In this document: positions 11,937 to 23,537 of the stretch, piece by piece | Position numbering within the stretch: the first letter of the stretch is position 1 | How the letters are laid out: each line of letters opens with the position of its first letter | Source: Patescibacteria group bacterium | GTDB taxonomy: Bacteria; Patescibacteriota; Patescibacteriia; JAHIZJ01 | Assembly: GCA_041650335.1 (NCBI GenBank) | Contig: JBAZLK010000002.1 | Coordinates: 41,818 to 105,817 of the forward strand | DNA length: 64,000 nucleotides | Reading direction: 5' to 3' | Position numbers and translations under genes: made by a program | Notes under the pieces: generated by a model | What the model was told of the DNA's origin: nothing | Seen by the model: the letters and a program-made list of their open reading frames with translations, nothing else | The model's database searches: none

Positions 11937-14855
11937 CTAAACCTGGCGAAATTCGCAAATATCTCGAAAGTCGCAGAAACCGCAATGAAATCCGGGTGTG
12001 GCGCGAAAATCGCTGTGGCGTAATGCCTCAGCCGTGTTGCGTATTTTTTCCTTAACTTTTGTCAGCGCCGCTTCGTCCGCGGAAAACGTTACCCGTTGAT
12101 TATCCTCAAGGTAATGATAGCTCAATCGGCTTGGTTCGCGTTTCAGACTTTCCCGAGCGGCGATGGCATAGATTAAGAGCTGTTCCGGATCTTCAACCTT
12201 TTTCGCTGCCGGTTTTTTACCAGTTTTGTAATCGATAATTTCAACGGTTTTGTCTGATAATTCATCCAGTCGGTCAATCACACCCTTAACCGAATACATA
12301 TCCACCTTAATAACGAAACCGCGCTCTAAATACAAGGGCGCGGGAAAGTTCCCGTGATATGAATCAAAATATGCCCGGAGCGCTTTTTCGCCTTGTTTCT
12401 TCCGCTCAGCCATGTGTTCAGGCGAATCATACCACTCACCAATCCAATGCTCCTCATATAATTTTTTCAGCTGTTCCCAGGTCGGCGTCTGCCCGCGCTG
12501 TCGCAATTGAAAGAAATCCTTTAAAGCATTGTGGATTGTCTTTCCGTAGCTAAACGTGTGTTTCGGCTCCGGCGGAACCCGCAGAATGAACATAAACCGA
12601 TATTGATACGGACAGGTCCAGAAGGCTTTGAGCTGCGTGAAGCTCAGCTGCGTCGGCAGGACATGGCGTTGCACTAACTGACGCTTTTCTGTTACTTCCT
12701 CTGGGTAATCCAGGCCAAGCTTCAGCTTGACTCCAACCGCCTGAACGTATTTCTCATAACGGATTTCCTTTAAAAAGCGCGAGGGTTTTTTCTTCTGTTT
12801 GCCGCCGTATTCCTCCGCGGTCGTAAAAAAGAGTCCGTCCTTGGCCCGCGTCATCGCTACATACAACAGACGACGCTCTTCCTGGAGGTGGATATCGCCG
12901 CTCGGCAAGATTTCACGAACGAGCGCGTCCGGCACTTCGATTTGCTCGCGGCGCTCAATCGACGGAAAGCGTTTGTCAACGAGATTGACGATAAACACGT
13001 AACGGAATTCTAAGCCCTTGGCCGCGTGAACCGTCATGATTGTTATCGCCTCAGGCCCCTCGCGCATAACCGAGGGCGACGGATCCTCGCCGATTTCAAG
13101 CATTAACGAGAGCTCGGCCATGAAATTCTTTACCGATTTGTCCTGGTTGCGGTTTTCGAATTCTGATATCTTTTTGAAAAACTTATTAATATTCAATATT
13201 TTCTCGGCATTGGCGAGTGATTCCGTGGCCGTGAGCTCTTTCAAATAGGTGGATTCTTTCAAAAAGCGAAACAGGATTTGGCCGACGGATTTCCAGCGGG
13301 TCAGCTCGGTGTGTTCGGATATCATTTTTACGATTGCATCGATCTTCCTGGCCACCGGGATCGCGACGCCAAACTCGCGGACGCGCGGCAATGCTTCAAA
13401 CAGCGACTGGCTGTACTGGTGGGCGGCGTGTGTAATTTTCGCAATCTCAACCACCGGGATCTTAAACGCCGGTATGGACAGCACCCGATAAACGGCCGAG
13501 CTCTCGTGATAGTTATCAAGCAACTTCAAATACGCTATAAGATCGAGAATCTCCGGTTTTTGAAACAACCCACGCGTGGCAATGAATTGAAATGGCAGCC
13601 CCTGGACGGTCAGCGTGGCGATATATGGATCGGCCATGTCGTTTGCCCGAACCAAAATCGCGAAATCGTTCCAGCTGGCCTCTTCTTTTTTTCTCAATTC
13701 AAGAATTTTCTTTGTGACCGAGGCGACTTCACGCTCGACCGTTTCACTGTGGATGTGTTCGATCACGGCTGGACCGGTCCGTTGCGATCGCAATTTCTTT
13801 GACAGCGGCGTTTTTCCGGGTCCTGAAAGTTGCGCCTCCAGCCGATTGGGATTATTGAGCTGAATAAATTCATAGGCGACGTCGAGAATGTTCTGCTTGT
13901 TTCGGTAATTTTCCACCAGGACGACGTTTTTCGCGCTTGGAAAATCTTCCTTGAATTTCAAAATATTGGAAATGGAAGCGCCACGGAATTTGAAAATCGA
14001 CTGATCATCGTCACCGCAGACTGTTACGTTGTTTTGAGGGGCAGCCAGGAGTTTAACCAGCTCGTATTGGGCATAGTTGGTATCCTGGAACTCATCAACG
14101 AGTAAATATTTAAACTGTCGGCGAAATTTTTCGAGGACGGTCTGGCGCGTTTGAAATAGTTTCAGCGTATACAAGATCAGGTCGCCGAAGTCCAACCAGC
14201 CTTTTTCATGTAACAAACCCTGATAGACCACATACGCGTTGGCTGCCTCAAGCGTCCGCTCGGCCTGTTCCTTTTCTTCCAGCGTGCCCGTTGCTTTCTC
14301 GGTAACCAGTTTCTTCGCATAGTCAAGGTATTCCGACGGTTCAATATGTTCGTCTTTCAACCGCGAAAAATGTTTCACCAGGGCGTAAATGAACCGGTTC
14401 GGGTTACCGAGCGGCTTGTAGTATTTGAGGTTGAAGCGCTCGAAATTCTGACGGACGAGAAACCATTGTTCCGGCGCGGTCAGAATTTTGAAACCGGGGC
14501 TCAAGCCGATGTCGAGCGCGTAATCTTTCAACACCCGCTCGCCAAAGGCATGGAAGGTCGAGACCCAGAGGTCGACGTAGCCGTAGGGCAAGAGCAGGTC
14601 AACGCGCTCCTCCATTTCACCGGCCGCCTTATCGGTGAATGTCAGCGCCAGGATTTCATCCGGCGCCGCCTTTTTCTCGTAGATCAACCAGGCGAGACGG
14701 TGCGTAACGACCGTTGTTTTGCCCGTCCCCGCCCCAGCCACGATCAAGAGCGGCCCGTCGGAAAACGTGACCGCCTCGTGCTGCTGGGCGTTTAGATTCT
14801 TGAATGACTCCGTGTACGCGTCAGCGGTGTATTCGGTTTTTTTCTTCCGTGGCAT
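11937..14855 (-). CDS. UvrD/PcrA-family ATP-dependent DNA helicase fused to a C-terminal RecB/Cas4-like PD-(D/E)XK nuclease with Fe-S cysteines
   Basis: Walker A AGAGTGKT. UvrD helicase motifs. C-terminus has D...EIIDYK and a C-x(n)-C-x2-C-x5-C cluster (WTCPYQ...CGFCDFRDIC). Confidence 0.88.
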   Translation of the reverse strand: MPRKKKTEYTADAYTESFKNLNAQQHEAVTFSDGPLLIVAGAGTGKTTVVTHRLAWLIYEKKAAPDEILALTFTDKAAGEMEERVDLLLPYGYVDLWVSTFHAFGERVLKDYALDIGLSPGFKILTAPEQWFLVRQNFERFNLKYYKPLGNPNRFIYALVKHFSRLKDEHIEPSEYLDYAKKLVTEKATGTLEEKEQAERTLEAANAYVVYQGLLHEKGWLDFGDLILYTLKLFQTRQTVLEKFRRQFKYLLVDEFQDTNYAQYELVKLLAAPQNNVTVCGDDDQSIFKFRGASISNILKFKEDFPSAKNVVLVENYRNKQNILDVAYEFIQLNNPNRLEAQLSGPGKTPLSKKLRSQRTGPAVIEHIHSETVEREVASVTKKILELRKKEEASWNDFAILVRANDMADPYIATLTVQGLPFQFIATRGLFQKPEILDLIAYLKLLDNYHESSAVYRVLSIPAFKIPVVEIAKITHAAHQYSQSLFEALPRVREFGVAIPVARKIDAIVKMISEHTELTRWKSVGQILFRFLKESTYLKELTATESLANAEKILNINKFFKKISEFENRNQDKSVKNFMAELSLMLEIGEDPSPSVMREGPEAITIMTVHAAKGLEFRYVFIVNLVDKRFPSIERREQIEVPDALVREILPSGDIHLQEERRLLYVAMTRAKDGLFFTTAEEYGGKQKKKPSRFLKEIRYEKYVQAVGVKLKLGLDYPEEVTEKRQLVQRHVLPTQLSFTQLKAFWTCPYQYRFMFILRVPPEPKHTFSYGKTIHNALKDFFQLRQRGQTPTWEQLKKLYEEHWIGEWYDSPEHMAERKKQGEKALRAYFDSYHGNFPAPLYLERGFVIKVDMYSVKGVIDRLDELSDKTVEIIDYKTGKKPAAKKVEDPEQLLIYAIAARESLKREPSRLSYHYLEDNQRVTFSADEAALTKVKEKIRNTAEALRHSDFRATPGFHCGFCDFRDICEFRQV

Positions 14856-14867
14856 TGCTATGTAAGG

Positions 14868-15893
14868 CTATAAATTATGTATCTTCTGTATGACCACATC
14901 GTCAATATCGATGTATCCCCGTTTCCGGTTTCGGCGTTCGATCTCCCAAGATTGTTCGCCTGGGATGTGGATGTCCTTCACGCCCCGAATCTTCCGCGCT
15001 GTTTTCACGTCTCGGATAAGTCGATTTACGTCGGATTGAAACTTCTGGCGCGTCGTAAAAGCCAGGGGGTTCATGACAATAAAAAGAAAACCGCGATACA
15101 GTTTCGTGTTCTTGCCCACGGCCGTGCGCACCAACGGACCGGTCAAAATCTCAAACGCCAACGCCAGGGCATATCCCTTATATCCGCCGAAGGGCAGTAC
15201 CGCGGCTACTTTGTTCGGATTTGTGGTCGGTCTGCCCAGACGATCAATCGCCCAATGCGGATCAATCTTCATGCCCAGTTCTTTTGCCAGTCGCACGTGG
15301 TAGTACGCCCGCGCCGAGGTCGCCATGTCGATCACGATCGGGTACGGTTTATACGGTATACCGATGCCGATCGGGTTCGTCGAAAGGATGGGTTCTCGCG
15401 CTCCGGTGGGTGCCATGAGCGGCCCGCCTCCGTAATTGAAGCAAAGCGCGATCATCCCTTGCTGCGCCGCCTTCTCCGCCCAAGAGCCAGGCCGGAGAAA
15501 TGCCTGAATTTTTCCGCCACCAACCATGGCAATGCCATTCCTTTTTGCTTTTTGCACGGCCAGTTTGATAGCGCGCTCGGCCACGAGTTGGCCGATGTCA
15601 TTGTGGCCGTCGATAAATGCGTAGGCCGGCTTATCTACCGCTATCTTGAAATGACTGCGTTTTTTTCTGTTTCGGAGCATCTTCAAGTCGCTTTTGGAAT
15701 CAGTGGACGCACGGTAATCACCTTTCATCCTCTGATAGGCGCGAATAAATCCGAACACGCCGTGTGACCGCTTGCCCTTCATTTCACCGATAATATATTC
15801 TTCGGCAATGATTACTGCCTCTCTTTTCGTAAATCCAACGCGCAAAAGCTTGTTATGAAGTAATCCTCGAAGGTCGGCGATGCGTATTCTCAT
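14868..15893 (-). CDS. Ldh_2-family (malate/L-lactate/sulfolactate dehydrogenase-like) oxidoreductase
   Basis: 341 aa; overall similarity to the Ldh_2 family (KGKRSHGVFGF...). Confidence 0.7.
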   Translation of the reverse strand: MRIRIADLRGLLHNKLLRVGFTKREAVIIAEEYIIGEMKGKRSHGVFGFIRAYQRMKGDYRASTDSKSDLKMLRNRKKRSHFKIAVDKPAYAFIDGHNDIGQLVAERAIKLAVQKAKRNGIAMVGGGKIQAFLRPGSWAEKAAQQGMIALCFNYGGGPLMAPTGAREPILSTNPIGIGIPYKPYPIVIDMATSARAYYHVRLAKELGMKIDPHWAIDRLGRPTTNPNKVAAVLPFGGYKGYALALAFEILTGPLVRTAVGKNTKLYRGFLFIVMNPLAFTTRQKFQSDVNRLIRDVKTARKIRGVKDIHIPGEQSWEIERRNRKRGYIDIDDVVIQKIHNL

Positions 15894-15920
15894 GGCTATG
15901 TCGTTAGATATAATATACGT

Positions 15921-16622
15921 TCATTGTACCCTCTTTTTTCGTGGTTGCAAATGTATGATTTTCTTCGCGATGACCGGATTGACCCGCCAAAACTTCGCCC
16001 AAGCGACGATCAGGGCGTGGAGTTCATTATAATAACACGCCTGCTTCGGCAAACCCCGCTCAAACCATTGTTGGCATTCATCATAGCTCTTGAACCGCAA
16101 ACCCATTTCAGCAAGCAGGCGCCTGGTATACGCGTCCACGACAAATACCGGCTTGCCGCCAGCATATAACAGGATCGAGTCCGCAGTTTCCGGTCCGATG
16201 CCCCATAATGATAAGAGTTCTGGCCTGGCAGTAGTCAACGGTTTTTTGAAAAATATTTTCAAGTCGCCCTGGTATTTATTCAACAGCCAGCGGCAAAACA
16301 CTTTTAGCTTCTTTGTCTTTTGAAAAAAGTAGCCGCTCGGTTTTATCGCCCGGGCCAGCCTTTTTGCATCAGCCTTGATTATTGCCGGTGGCGACAACAG
16401 GCGTCTTTGTTTCAGTTGCGCCAGCGCGCGTTCCACGTTTTTCCAAGCGGTGTTTTGGGTCAGGATCGCGCCGACTGCGATTTCAAACATCTGCGATGAC
16501 GTTACCCGCCCTCGTGTTTTGTAAACCGACCTCCACTCCCCTTTTATCTTTTCCAAAATCGGCCACCACCCCTGGGGACCGAAGTGTTTGTAAAGACACC
16601 TGTCTAATTCAATAGGTTTCAT
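15921..16622 (-). CDS. HhH-GPD superfamily DNA glycosylase (endonuclease III-like)
   Basis: ILTQNTAW motif and helix-hairpin-helix GIGPETADSILLYA followed by a catalytic Asp region. No C-terminal 4Fe-4S cysteines. Confidence 0.75.
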   Translation of the reverse strand: MKPIELDRCLYKHFGPQGWWPILEKIKGEWRSVYKTRGRVTSSQMFEIAVGAILTQNTAWKNVERALAQLKQRRLLSPPAIIKADAKRLARAIKPSGYFFQKTKKLKVFCRWLLNKYQGDLKIFFKKPLTTARPELLSLWGIGPETADSILLYAGGKPVFVVDAYTRRLLAEMGLRFKSYDECQQWFERGLPKQACYYNELHALIVAWAKFWRVNPVIAKKIIHLQPRKKRVQ

Positions 16623-16633
16623 GAAGATATTAT

Positions 16634-16688
16634 GCCACTTTTCTTTAGAATTAGATATGCAACTTTTCTTGACAGCAAGAAAAGTGGC
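16634..16688 (-). promoter_or_regulatory. nested alternative inverted repeats in the rlmN-glycosylase intergenic region
   Basis: GCCACTTTTCTT at 16634-16645. CTTTTCTTG-acag-CAAGAAAAGTGGC at 16663-16688. The right arm can pair with either left-arm copy. Confidence 0.4.
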
Positions 16689-16696
16689 AATGAGTC

Positions 16697-17707
16697 TTAT
16701 TTATTATCCGTACGGTGGCGATTAGTAGCTAATTGACCGCAGGCGGCTTTTATATCCTGCCCAAAGCTGAACCGCTGGGTGACCGCTACGTGGTTCTGAC
16801 GCAAGGTTTGGATAAACTCTTTTACCTTCTTCGAAGACGCAGGCTTGTATTTTCCCGTCGGGTTGTACGGAATGACGTTGACCATAAACAGCGGCTGATC
16901 CATTAATTCAGCCAGTTGCAGGGCGCATTCTTCGGTGTCATTCAAGCCGTCGATTAATAGATATTCGAACATCACCCGCCGGTTTGTCGTCCGGACATAT
17001 TCCGTAACCACGGCCATAACCTGGCGCAATGGATATGTGTTGTTAATCGGCATCAGTTCCGAGCGCAATGTATCATTCGGCGCGTGCAGGGAAATAGCGA
17101 GATTTACCTCGAGGTTTTCCTGCGTGAATTTCTTGATACCGGGGACGATGCCGCTCGTCGATATGGAGATGTGGCGGGCGCCGAGTCCGAACGCGTTGGG
17201 GTCGTTTAACAGCCGGATCGACGACAGCACCGCGTCATAGTTTAAAAACGGCTCGCCCATGCCCATATATACAACGCTCTGAACGCGTTCACCGTCCTCT
17301 TTTAAGAGCCGCGCAAACACCAGCACCTGGCTGACGATCTCCCAGACAGTCAGATTCCGCTTGAAGCCCATCTGACCGGTGGCGCAAAAACTGCAGTTGA
17401 CCGGGCAACCCACTTGGCAGGAAACACAAACGCTGTTTCGGCCGGGATATCGCATCAGCACGGTTTCAATCACCGAGTCGTCAGACAGCGTCAGTGTCGC
17501 TTTGGTGGTTCGGTTATCTTTTGATTTATAAAAATCGGTTTGATATGACAAGGGCGCCGTCCCTGCGCATTGCTGGCGTAGGGCCTTTGGCAATACCGTC
17601 GCTTGCTCCCAATCGGAAATGCAGTCTTTAAAAACCGCCTGATACACTTGTTTCAGACGATACGCCGGCTGGCCTGGAAATTGTAATGGTAGAACGGGTT
17701 TCGACAT
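16697..17707 (-). CDS. rlmN: 23S rRNA (adenine2503-C2)-methyltransferase, radical SAM
   Basis: Radical SAM Cys cluster CPVNCSFC. RlmN/Cfr family length and motifs. Confidence 0.9.
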   Translation of the reverse strand: MSKPVLPLQFPGQPAYRLKQVYQAVFKDCISDWEQATVLPKALRQQCAGTAPLSYQTDFYKSKDNRTTKATLTLSDDSVIETVLMRYPGRNSVCVSCQVGCPVNCSFCATGQMGFKRNLTVWEIVSQVLVFARLLKEDGERVQSVVYMGMGEPFLNYDAVLSSIRLLNDPNAFGLGARHISISTSGIVPGIKKFTQENLEVNLAISLHAPNDTLRSELMPINNTYPLRQVMAVVTEYVRTTNRRVMFEYLLIDGLNDTEECALQLAELMDQPLFMVNVIPYNPTGKYKPASSKKVKEFIQTLRQNHVAVTQRFSFGQDIKAACGQLATNRHRTDNK

Positions 17708-17732
17708 CTTCTTGAGAATACCACATCGAGGG

Positions 17733-17770
17733 CTGAAAACAAAGCAAAAACCCCGGCGGGAGGCCGGAGT
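17733..17770 (-). terminator. rho-independent terminator after the ATP synthase operon (bidirectional)
   Basis: CCGGC-ctccc-GCCGG stem flanked by an A-run and a T-run (aaaaaccccggcgggaggccggagttttt). Confidence 0.6.
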
Positions 17771-17778
17771 TTTTTATA

Positions 17779-18243
17779 TTATTCGTTGGATTTTTTCTTC
17801 AGTTCGTCTTCCTTGATCACCTGGTCAGCCCGACGCGACCGGTGGCGCTCAGCCACCTGTAAACGTGCCAATTCTTTCTCAATCTTCGTCATGACGGCTG
17901 CAAATTCCTTCTGATCAGTCCGGCGAGTTTTTAACAGCTCCTCCGCTTTTTGCCGCGCTTCCCGCGCCCGCTCAATATCAATCTCCTCGGCCCGCTCAGC
18001 TGTTTCTGCCAGCACGACGACTTTAGTCGGCTGAATCTCGGCAAAACCCGACGAGATGGCCATCGGTACGACGGTGTCGCCTTTTTTTACCCTGAGCTCG
18101 CCCGCCGCTATAGCCGTGATCAATGGAATGTGGTGCGGTAACACAGTAATCTCGCCCAGCGGCGTGGGCAACGACACCTGATCAATCTCAGCACTATAGA
18201 CAACGCGCTCGGGAGTAACAATTTGGAAGTTAATGGTTGCCAT
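17779..18243 (-). CDS. atpC: F0F1 ATP synthase subunit epsilon
   Basis: Epsilon-family sequence MATINFQIVTPERVVYS... The ORF track extends 12 codons further upstream to 18279. Confidence 0.88.
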   Translation of the reverse strand: MATINFQIVTPERVVYSAEIDQVSLPTPLGEITVLPHHIPLITAIAAGELRVKKGDTVVPMAISSGFAEIQPTKVVVLAETAERAEEIDIERAREARQKAEELLKTRRTDQKEFAAVMTKIEKELARLQVAERHRSRRADQVIKEDELKKKSNE

Positions 18244-18247
18244 GGTG

Positions 18248-19633
<1,386 letters not shown>

Positions 19634-19764
19634 TCAATGAAAAATTAATAATTCTCATCCCTACAGGAGATCTCCCGCAGGGAGAAAAATGTAAAATTAT
19701 GGTGTTAAGATTTGATAAGCGCAGCGATTCATTCCTTTTGAATTTTGAATTAAAAAATTATTTA

Positions 19765-20679
19765 TTAATTGGTCAGGACAGCCCGCGAGGCCGAAATCTC
19801 GGCAAGATCACGAGTGATCGCGGCTTGCCGGGCCTGATTAAACGATAAGACGAGATCATTAATATAATCCTCGGCGTTTTCCGTCGCGTTGCGCATCGCC
19901 ATCATGCGGGCGGAATGCTCGGAGGCGTTTGATTCTAGCACGGCCTGATAGATCTGAACTTCGACTAAGCGCGGTAAGATAGTTTGTAAAACATCATCGG
20001 GCGACGGCTCAAATAAATATTCTGAAAAATCCATTTTTGTTTCCGCGGCTATCGAAGCGTCGGCTGAAACCGCACCCAGGCCATCAATTTGCTTCTCAAT
20101 CGGCAATAACTGGCGCAAACGCGGCAGCTGTTTCAGGGCGGAGACGAAATCCGTATACACCAGCGTGACGCGGTCGTATTTTTCAGCGCTAAAATCATCG
20201 ATCAGTAGGCGCGACAACGGCGTAACGGCAGTGAGTTCCGTGACGACATCGACTTTTTCAAATTCAGCCACAATCGTGTAGCCGAGTTTGAGAACCGCCT
20301 CGCGGCCCCGTTTGCCGAGCACGATCAAGTGGAAATGCATATCGGGCCGCTCATTCTTTCGCTGAGCGATATAATCTGAAACGATTCTGACGATTTGTTG
20401 ATTGAAGCCGCCGCATAACCCGCGATTTGAGCTGATGAGGACGATTGCTTCGTTTTTCACCGGGCGGCGTTTCAGCAGCGGATAGCGTTCCCGATCGGTT
20501 TTCGACGCTAAATTCAAGACCATTTCCCACGCCAATGCCGCGTACGGCCGCGTCGCCTGGACCGCTTTGATGGCTTTCCGCATCTTCGCAGCCGAAACCA
20601 GTTCCATCGCCTTAGTGATCTGTTTCGTGCTGGTGATGGAACGGATCCGTCGTTTTATGTCTCTCGTACTGACTGCCAT
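19765..20679 (-). CDS. atpG: F0F1 ATP synthase subunit gamma
   Basis: 304 aa; gamma-family N/C-terminal helices; operon position. Confidence 0.9.
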   Translation of the reverse strand: MAVSTRDIKRRIRSITSTKQITKAMELVSAAKMRKAIKAVQATRPYAALAWEMVLNLASKTDRERYPLLKRRPVKNEAIVLISSNRGLCGGFNQQIVRIVSDYIAQRKNERPDMHFHLIVLGKRGREAVLKLGYTIVAEFEKVDVVTELTAVTPLSRLLIDDFSAEKYDRVTLVYTDFVSALKQLPRLRQLLPIEKQIDGLGAVSADASIAAETKMDFSEYLFEPSPDDVLQTILPRLVEVQIYQAVLESNASEHSARMMAMRNATENAEDYINDLVLSFNQARQAAITRDLAEISASRAVLTN

Positions 20680-20697
20680 GGTAACAACGAATTATTT

Positions 20698-22233
20698 TTA
20701 CGCTTGTTCAGAACTAAACATCTTTTTATATTCGTCAATCGCCGCTTTCAAACCCGATTCAACTTTTTCAGTCAGTTCGGCTGCTTTCTTCAGCTCGGCC
20801 AAGAAATCGGATTTTTGGCTGATTAAATACTGATGTAAACCTTTTTCAAACGCCGGCACTTTCTCAACCGCGATATCATCGAGTAAGCCGTTCACAACCG
20901 CGTACAGGATCGCCACTTGCAGGCTGACCGGTTGCGGCACGTATTGCGGTTGTTTGAGAATTTCCGTGATCCGTTTCCCCCGCTCCAACTGGCGTTGGGT
21001 GGCTTCATCGAGATCAGAGCCGAATTGCGCGAAGGCCGCCAGTTCGCGGTATTGCGCCAGGTCCAGACGCAGTCGACCGGCCACCTTTTTCATCGCTTTG
21101 ATCTGCGCTGACGAACCGACCCGCGAAACCGACAAACCAATATTCAGGGCCGGCCGGATACCTTGATAGAATAAGTCGCCTTCAAGAAAGATTTGTCCGT
21201 CGGTTATGGAAATGACGTTGGTCGGAATATAGGCGGAGATGTCGCCGGCTTGCGTTTCAATGATCGGCAGAGCGGTCAATGATCCGCCGCCGTGCTTTTT
21301 GTCCATTTTCGCAGCCCGTTCGAGCAAGCGCGAATGGAGATAAAAGATGTCGCCTGGGAACGCCTCGCGACCGGGCGGCCGGCGGAGCAACAACGATACC
21401 TGCCGATAGGCGGTCGCGTGCTTCGATAAATCGTCGTAAATCACCAGCGCATCCTTACCCGCGTCCATGAAAAATTCGCCCATCGCACAACCGGCGTATG
21501 GCGCGATGTATGAAAGTGAAGCTGGGTCTGAGGCCGAGGTGACGATCACCGTCGTATATTTCATCGCCCCGCGGGCTTCCAGCTCGGCTACGATCCGGGC
21601 GACCTTCGATTCCTTCTGACCGATCGCGACGTAGAAACAAAAGACGTTCTGGTCGTGCTGGTTCAGGATGGTATCGATGGCAATGGCCGTTTTGCCGGTC
21701 TGCCGGTCGCCGATAATCAATTCGCGCTGGCCGCGACCGATCGGAATCATCGAGTCAATCGCTTTTAAACCGGTCTGAAGCGGCGTATTCACCCCTTGGC
21801 GCGTGACCACGCCGGGCGCGATCTTCTCAACCGGGTAGTATTTTTCCGCTTTGATCGGGCCCTTGCCGTCAATCGGCCGGCCGAGCGGATCGATAACGCG
21901 GCCGATGACCGCTTTGCCGACCGGCACTTCGAGTATCCGGCCGGTGCTTTTGACCGTATCGCCTTCTTTCAAGTGCTGGTACTCGCCCAGAATTATCGCG
22001 CCGACCGAATCCTCGTCCAGATTGAGCGCCACCCCCATGGTCTGCCCGGGAAATTCAAGCATTTCCGATGCGCGGCAATCGGATAGACCGGAGATCCGCG
22101 CGATCCCGTCGCCCAATTCGATGATTTGGCCGACCTTTTCCACTTTGGCCTGTTCGCGGAAGTCGGTGATCTGTTTTTTTAGTGATTCGATGACGTAATC
22201 TTTTGTCGTTGACATACGTGTATCAGAGTTCAA
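20698..22233 (-). CDS. atpA: F0F1 ATP synthase subunit alpha
   Basis: 511 aa; Walker [10 protein letters not shown]; F1 alpha motifs. Confidence 0.95.
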   Translation of the reverse strand: MNSDTRMSTTKDYVIESLKKQITDFREQAKVEKVGQIIELGDGIARISGLSDCRASEMLEFPGQTMGVALNLDEDSVGAIILGEYQHLKEGDTVKSTGRILEVPVGKAVIGRVIDPLGRPIDGKGPIKAEKYYPVEKIAPGVVTRQGVNTPLQTGLKAIDSMIPIGRGQRELIIGDRQTGKTAIAIDTILNQHDQNVFCFYVAIGQKESKVARIVAELEARGAMKYTTVIVTSASDPASLSYIAPYAGCAMGEFFMDAGKDALVIYDDLSKHATAYRQVSLLLRRPPGREAFPGDIFYLHSRLLERAAKMDKKHGGGSLTALPIIETQAGDISAYIPTNVISITDGQIFLEGDLFYQGIRPALNIGLSVSRVGSSAQIKAMKKVAGRLRLDLAQYRELAAFAQFGSDLDEATQRQLERGKRITEILKQPQYVPQPVSLQVAILYAVVNGLLDDIAVEKVPAFEKGLHQYLISQKSDFLAELKKAAELTEKVESGLKAAIDEYKKMFSSEQA

Positions 22234-22248
22234 ATATGAAATAATTAA

Positions 22249-22650
22249 TTATTCGCTCAATGATTGCTTCAGGGTTTGCAACCTGGTCCGCAAACTGGCG
22301 TCAATCAAGAGATCGGGAAAGGCAACGATCATTCCGCCGAGAACCTGGCCATCCACGTGTTCCTGCAACCGGATCGTTTTTTTCAACATTTGGCCGAGCG
22401 TTTTTTCGATTTCCTTTTTCTCCGCCTCTGGCACCCGCTGGGCGGTCGTGAGATTTCCCTCGACCACACCTTCCTGGATCAGCGCCTGGCGCTGGTATTC
22501 CTGGATTATCTTTTCGGCCAGCAAGGTCTGATTCCGATCGGCTAACAGAGTCACAAATCGGCGGACGATCGCATCAATTTCAGCGTGCGTTAACCCGCGG
22601 GTCAGTTCATGAAGCGCGATCGCATATTGTTTTGCCGTCAGCCGTTTCAT
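22249..22650 (-). CDS. atpH: F0F1 ATP synthase subunit delta (OSCP), short form
   Basis: 133 aa; position between atpF and atpA; OSCP-like helical sequence. Confidence 0.75.
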   Translation of the reverse strand: MKRLTAKQYAIALHELTRGLTHAEIDAIVRRFVTLLADRNQTLLAEKIIQEYQRQALIQEGVVEGNLTTAQRVPEAEKKEIEKTLGQMLKKTIRLQEHVDGQVLGGMIVAFPDLLIDASLRTRLQTLKQSLSE

Positions 22651-23153
22651 GCTTTCTGTTTTACTATTTCAGCAAGCGCGCGCTGGACCAGTTCGCGGTC
22701 TTTTTTCTCGTCCAGGCGCTCCAGAAGTATTTTCTCGACCGCCTGCACGACCACGTCGGCCACTTCCGCCTGCGCTTCTTTTACCAGGGTAATTTTCGCT
22801 TGGGCCAGTTCGGCTTTCGTGCGTTTGACGATCTCTTCAACCTCGGCGTTCGCCAATTTTAACTTTTCCTGGCGCAGCGCTTCGGCCTTTTGCATCACCT
22901 CGTCGAGTATTTTCTGGGCCTGCTGCCGAGCTGATTTTAATGCCGCCTCTTTCTCTTTGGCCGATTCTGCCAGATTTCGCTCGATTTGTTTGGCGTCATC
23001 GAGGCTTTTTTCGATCGTGGCCGTCCGTTTATTCAGCATGCGCAAGATCGGCTTATAGGCAAAGCGGTACAATACGAACAACAAAATAAAGAAATTGATG
23101 ACTTGAGCGATAAGCAATTTCCAATTAATACCGAGCTGGGTAATGAGTTCCAT
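22647..23153 (-). CDS. atpF: F0F1 ATP synthase subunit b
   Basis: 168 aa; N-terminal TM helix then a long charged coiled coil. Confidence 0.88.
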   Translation of the reverse strand: MELITQLGINWKLLIAQVINFFILLFVLYRFAYKPILRMLNKRTATIEKSLDDAKQIERNLAESAKEKEAALKSARQQAQKILDEVMQKAEALRQEKLKLANAEVEEIVKRTKAELAQAKITLVKEAQAEVADVVVQAVEKILLERLDEKKDRELVQRALAEIVKQKA

Positions 23154-23229
23154 ATGCGCTGAAAAAGTTAATTATGAACACATCTGATTGGCCGTCGATT
23201 TGGCGACAGCCAATCCTATCTGCCGATAA

Positions 23230-23457
23230 TTAGACAAATTTGATGATCAGCGCGACCACCAACGCATAAATCGCGATGGCTTCGGCGAAGGCGATGGCAA
23301 TCAACATCGGCACTTGAATTTTCGAGGCGGACTCTGGGTTCCGGCCGATTGATTCCATAGCCTTGCCCGCCAGTTTACCGATCGCCATGGCCGGGGCAAA
23401 CCCGCCGATTGCGATGGTCAGCGCGGCCGCTAACATTTTTACTGATTCTGCGTCCAT
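23230..23457 (-). CDS. atpE: F0F1 ATP synthase subunit c
   Basis: 75 aa hairpin proteolipid with a conserved acidic residue in helix 2 ([12 protein letters not shown]). Confidence 0.92.
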   Translation of the reverse strand: MDAESVKMLAAALTIAIGGFAPAMAIGKLAGKAMESIGRNPESASKIQVPMLIAIAFAEAIAIYALVVALIIKFV

Positions 23458-23537
23458 GTGTGTACTCCTTATTGATATTTCCCGGCATACGACGAGGGTT
23501 GGTGTTTAGCGTCGGCCCGAAAATATCGGTTAATAAA

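Noticed and set aside
14877-15767. 296-aa plus-strand ORF
   Set aside because: It is antisense to the Ldh_2-family gene and has junk composition (R/H/G-rich).
22609-23058. 149-aa plus-strand ORF
   Set aside because: It is antisense to atpF. It is low-complexity (S/A/F-rich), reflecting the coiled-coil codons on the other strand.
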